A stretch of 64,000 bases of DNA, taken from the NCBI GenBank assembly GCA_963814375.1, contig CAWFCQ010000002.1, forward strand, positions 176,017 to 240,016, written 5' to 3'. The notes beneath the pieces are model-generated. The model was not told where the DNA came from. It did no database searches and saw nothing but the letters and a program-made list of their open reading frames with translations. The position numbers were made by a program, and so were the translations under genes. This DNA comes from an uncultured Chloroflexia bacterium (GTDB lineage Bacteria; Chloroflexota; Limnocylindria; QHBO01). Within the stretch, counting starts at the first letter, position 1. Every line of letters begins with the position of its first letter. Positions 60,804 through 64,000 of this stretch are shown here, in pieces.

Positions 60804-61995
60804 ATGCAGGATCAGCGACGGGAGATCGAGCGCTGGTTGGCCGGCCGCGGCGTGCCGCAGCTCATCGAAGGGTTCAGCACCGAGCAGCGCATGGATCAGC
60901 GCGCGATTCCCTTCATCGCCGCATGGATCGTGCTTGGGACGGTCCTGCTCTGGGGCCGTCGCCCGGAGGCGTCGATCGCCGAGAACGCGGTGGCGATGGC
61001 CACCGCGATCATCGCCTCGTTCGCCGTGCTGGGTGCCTTCCTCATCCTGCGCCGGCATCCTCCGTTCGGACCGGGACGCCTCGACCTCATCGACGTTGCG
61101 ATGATCGGGCTCGTGCCCGGCGCGGCCGCCGCGGTCATCCACCGCTCGCCGATCGCCGTCATCGGTTTCGCCGGCTCGGTGCTCATCGGCGTTGGAATCA
61201 TTTACCTGGTGACCGGCTTTGGCCTTCTCGAGCTCGCCGTCTGGGCAGTGCGTCACCTGCGCGCGCAGCTGAGCCAGATCGCGACGCTCGTCGCCCGGAC
61301 CCTGCCGGTACTCCTCATCCTCGTCGTCTTCCTGCTCTTCGCCTCCGAGCTGTGGCAGGCCGCGCACACCCTCGGCGGTGCCGATCTCGCCGCGGTCATC
61401 GGGCTCCTCATGCTGGTGGCGACGGTCCTGGTCGTCACGAGCGCCAGGTCGGAGGTGCGCGAGATCGAGGAGAAGCGCGACTGGGCCGCCATCCTCGCTC
61501 TGCTGCCCGGAACCCCGGCCGAGCCCTTGATGGATGATGTGATCCGGACCGATGCGCCGCTTCCGCGGCCCCTCGCGTGGCAGGAGCGGCTCAACCTCGT
61601 GCTCCTCATGCTCATCAGCCAGCTCGTTCAGTCGCTGTTCGTGGCGCTGTTGGTGCTGCTCTTCCTCGTCGCGCTCGGGGTGCTGGCGATTCCCGCATCG
61701 GTCCAGGAGATGTGGGTCGGTCGAGCCCGTTCGCCACCTGGTCGGGTTCGAGCTCCTCGGCGAGCCGCGGTTGGTGTCGGTCGAGCTGCTCATCACGGCC
61801 GCGCTGCTGGGTGGCGTCTCGGCGCTCTACTTCACCGGGCTGGCGCTGACCGATGCGGCTTTCCGGGCCGATTTCCACGCGCGCGTGGTGGGCGACGTCG
61901 AGCAGATCATGGCCGTGCACGCCGCCTACCTGGCGTCGTCGGAGCGGCTGGTTGAAGAGTCGCCAGGTGCGGAGGAGGTACCCTCCGGCGCCTGA
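60804..61995 (+). CDS. Hypothetical integral membrane protein (frameshift near 61720)
   Basis: Multi-TM; RTLPVLL..VVFL.F..ELWQ; C-terminal TM in the next frame. Confidence 0.7.
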
Positions 61996-62050
61996 CGGTC
62001 TCGAGAGCGCGCGTATACGTGTATACGGCGGCGGGAGGAGGGGAGGAAGG

Positions 62051-62126
62051 TGGTGGAGATGAGGGGACTCGAACCCCTGACCCCCGCGATGCGAACGCGG
62101 TGCTCTCCCAGCTGAGCTACATCCCC
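62051..62126 (-). tRNA. tRNA-Ala(CGC)
   Basis: 76-nt cloverleaf, anticodon arm CCGCG-TTCGCAT-CGCGG, G3:U70, encoded CCA. Confidence 0.97.
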
Positions 62127-62161
62127 ACGGGCGTCGGCGAGTATAGCAGGGCTTCCCGAAA

Positions 62162-62177
62162 TAGAACATCTGTTCTA
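62162..62177. promoter_or_regulatory. LexA (SOS/Cheo) box
   Basis: Dyad TAGAAC-ATCT-GTTCTA (GAAC-N4-GTTC) overlapping a TATGAT -10 box upstream of imuA. Confidence 0.88.
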
Positions 62178-62191
62178 TGATCGAGAGTCCA

Positions 62192-62983
62192 ATGACCCGG
62201 ACCGATGCGGCCCTCACCGATGCCCTCGAAACGCTGCGCGCCCGCGGCCTGACCCTGCGTCGTGGGAGCGATCCGGAGCCGATGCCGGAGCGCGCGCGGC
62301 CCCCCGTCCCCACCGGATATCCGACGCTCGACGCCGCGCTCGGCACCGGCGGCTGGCCGCGTGGCGGATTGGCGCTCCTGGACGCGCCGCTGGGGTGCGG
62401 CGCCTCGACCCTGGCCCTCGGGACGCTGGCCGCAGCGCAGGCCGCGGGCGGCCTGGCGGCCTGGCTCGACCTCGACGGCGCCCTCGACCCGGCCGTGGCC
62501 GCGCGCCTCGGGGTGAGCCTCGACTGGCTCCTCGTCGCGCGCCCGCGCGACCCGCAGGAGGCGATCGAGCTGGCCGCGTGGCTCGGCCGCTCGGAGCTCA
62601 TCGACGCGCTCGTCCTCGACCTCGGCGAGCGCGGCGTGCCGGACCGTCGCGCGCTCGATCGACTCGGCACGCTGCTGGCCCGCTCGGGAGCAACCTCGGT
62701 GCTGGTCCTGGCGCCGGCCGGGCGAGCCGTGGCGGGGGCGGCGGCGAGCGTGCGGGTGGCGCTGCATCGGTCCGCCTGGCTGGCGATCGGCCGCGACCTC
62801 GTCGGCCAGCGCACGCGCGCGGTGGTGGAGCGCCAGCGCTGGGCCCTGGCCGGCGGCTCAGCCGAGCTCGATCTGTGGTTCGGCGAGGGGAGGCGCATCG
62901 ATCCGCTGCTGGCGGCATCGGCGACGGCACGCTCGGTGGAGCGAGCCGAGGAGCGTCCGGCGCTGCGCGTGGTGGGCGCCTGA
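62192..62983 (+). CDS. imuA: ImuA-like RecA-fold mutagenesis protein
   Basis: PTGYPTLDAALGTGGWPRG, degenerate Walker A GCGAST, LDP..AARLGV.LD.LLV. Confidence 0.75.
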   Translation: MTRTDAALTDALETLRARGLTLRRGSDPEPMPERARPPVPTGYPTLDAALGTGGWPRGGLALLDAPLGCGASTLALGTLAAAQAAGGLAAWLDLDGALDPAVAARLGVSLDWLLVARPRDPQEAIELAAWLGRSELIDALVLDLGERGVPDRRALDRLGTLLARSGATSVLVLAPAGRAVAGAAASVRVALHRSAWLAIGRDLVGQRTRAVVERQRWALAGGSAELDLWFGEGRRIDPLLAASATARSVERAEERPALRVVGA

Positions 62984-64000
62984 TGACCCGCCTTCTGGTG
63001 CTCGCCTGGCCGGAGCTGCGCGAGCCCGACGCGGAGACGGCGAGCTTCGAGCCGATGCTCGACGCCCTCGACGACCTCTCCCCCGGGTCGAGGCGGTGGA
63101 CGTCGGCGTGGCGCTTGTCGACGTCATCGGGCTGGAGCCGATGTGGGGGCCGGAACGCCGAGTCGCGGCGCGGGCGGTGATGCTGACCCGGGCGGTGGCG
63201 CCGCTGCCCGTGCGCTGCGGGGTCGGCGACAACCGCTGGCTGGCGACGCTCGCCGCCCGGCTGGCACGCTTCGAGCGCCCGGAGGCGCCGGCCGCCTTCC
63301 GCACCCTGGAGCGCGATGAGCTCGGGGATCTGCCGCTGGCCCTGCTGCCCGCCGATGCGGCCACGCGACAGCGCTTCGGTCTCTTCGGCCTGACCGAGAT
63401 GCGGCAGCTGGCCGGTCTGCCGCGCTCCGCGGTCGGCGCCCAGTTCGGCCCGGTCGGGGAGCGGCTCCAGGCCCTCGCCCGCGGCCACGACCCGCGGCCG
63501 ATCGTTCCCCGTCGTCGGCCCGAGCGGATCGAGGCGGCGGAGGAGTTCGAGGTGCCGCTCGACGGGATCGGCGCGGTGAGCCTCACGCTGCGTCGCCTCG
63601 CCGCCGACCTGTGCGATCGGCTGCGCGAACGGCGTCTGGCACCGGGACGGGCGACGCTCGAGCTCGTCCTCGAGGATGCGCCGATGCTGCGCGTGGCGCA
63701 GCCCTTCCCCCAACCGGCGCTCGAGCCGGACTGGATCGCGCGGCTCCTGCTGTCGCGCCTCGAGGCCGCCGCGCGAGCCCGGATTTACCCACGTCGAGAA
63801 CCAACTGAGAACGAGGAGGTGCAAGAGCCGCGGGTCGCATCGGTGCACCTGGCGTTCGATCGGCTCGCCGATCCCGCCACGCGACAGCTCTCCGCGTTCG
63901 AGGCGCGCGCCGGGCGCTGGGAGGAGCTGCGCTGGTCGCTCGAGCGGATCCGGCATCGGTTCGGGGAGGGGCGTCTCTGGCGGGCGACGACGGAGCGGCC
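62983..64000 (+). CDS. imuB: ImuB-like inactive Y-family polymerase (frameshift near 63082; runs off the window)
   Basis: SP.VE, D..GL..WG, GVGDNR.LA.LAA, LP...LP, L..LPR..V..QFG; coupled to imuA by TGATG. Confidence 0.75.

Noticed and set aside
49190-62126. Genomic island or prophage bounded by the two tRNA-Ala genes
   Set aside because: Both are complete, different isoacceptors; no integrase or partial att duplicate was seen, and the intervening genes are not phage-like.
62192-62983. recA
   Set aside because: Too short, Walker A lysine missing, and coupled to an imuB-like gene.

Overview
64-kb window of a very GC-rich bacterial chromosome. Gene content, a GAAC-N4-GTTC LexA box and a T-box suggest a monoderm, most plausibly Chloroflexota; this is inference. 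It is mostly housekeeping: cysS, fabD-fabF-fabF, pyrG, rho, obgE-nadD-rsfS, comEA-comEC-HD-holA, leuS, two tRNA-Ala genes and an aapJQMP-type amino-acid ABC transporter. It also carries surface-glycan genes, a pseudouridine catabolism operon, a MoaD-MoaE fusion, a TetR/phosphotransferase/TipA resistance-like cluster and a LexA-controlled imuA-imuB cassette cut by the window end. The most striking feature is a complete Leu-specific (CUC) T-box riboswitch upstream of GNAT-leuS with an intact tRNA-Ala(GGC) gene embedded inside it, enclosed by Stem III between the specifier domain and the antiterminator. At least ten genes have a TANNNT -10 box 6-9 nt before the start codon (leaderless mRNAs). About a dozen genes, including obgE, contain single-base frameshifts that are most likely sequencing or assembly indels. 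No CRISPR array, transposase or integrase was seen.
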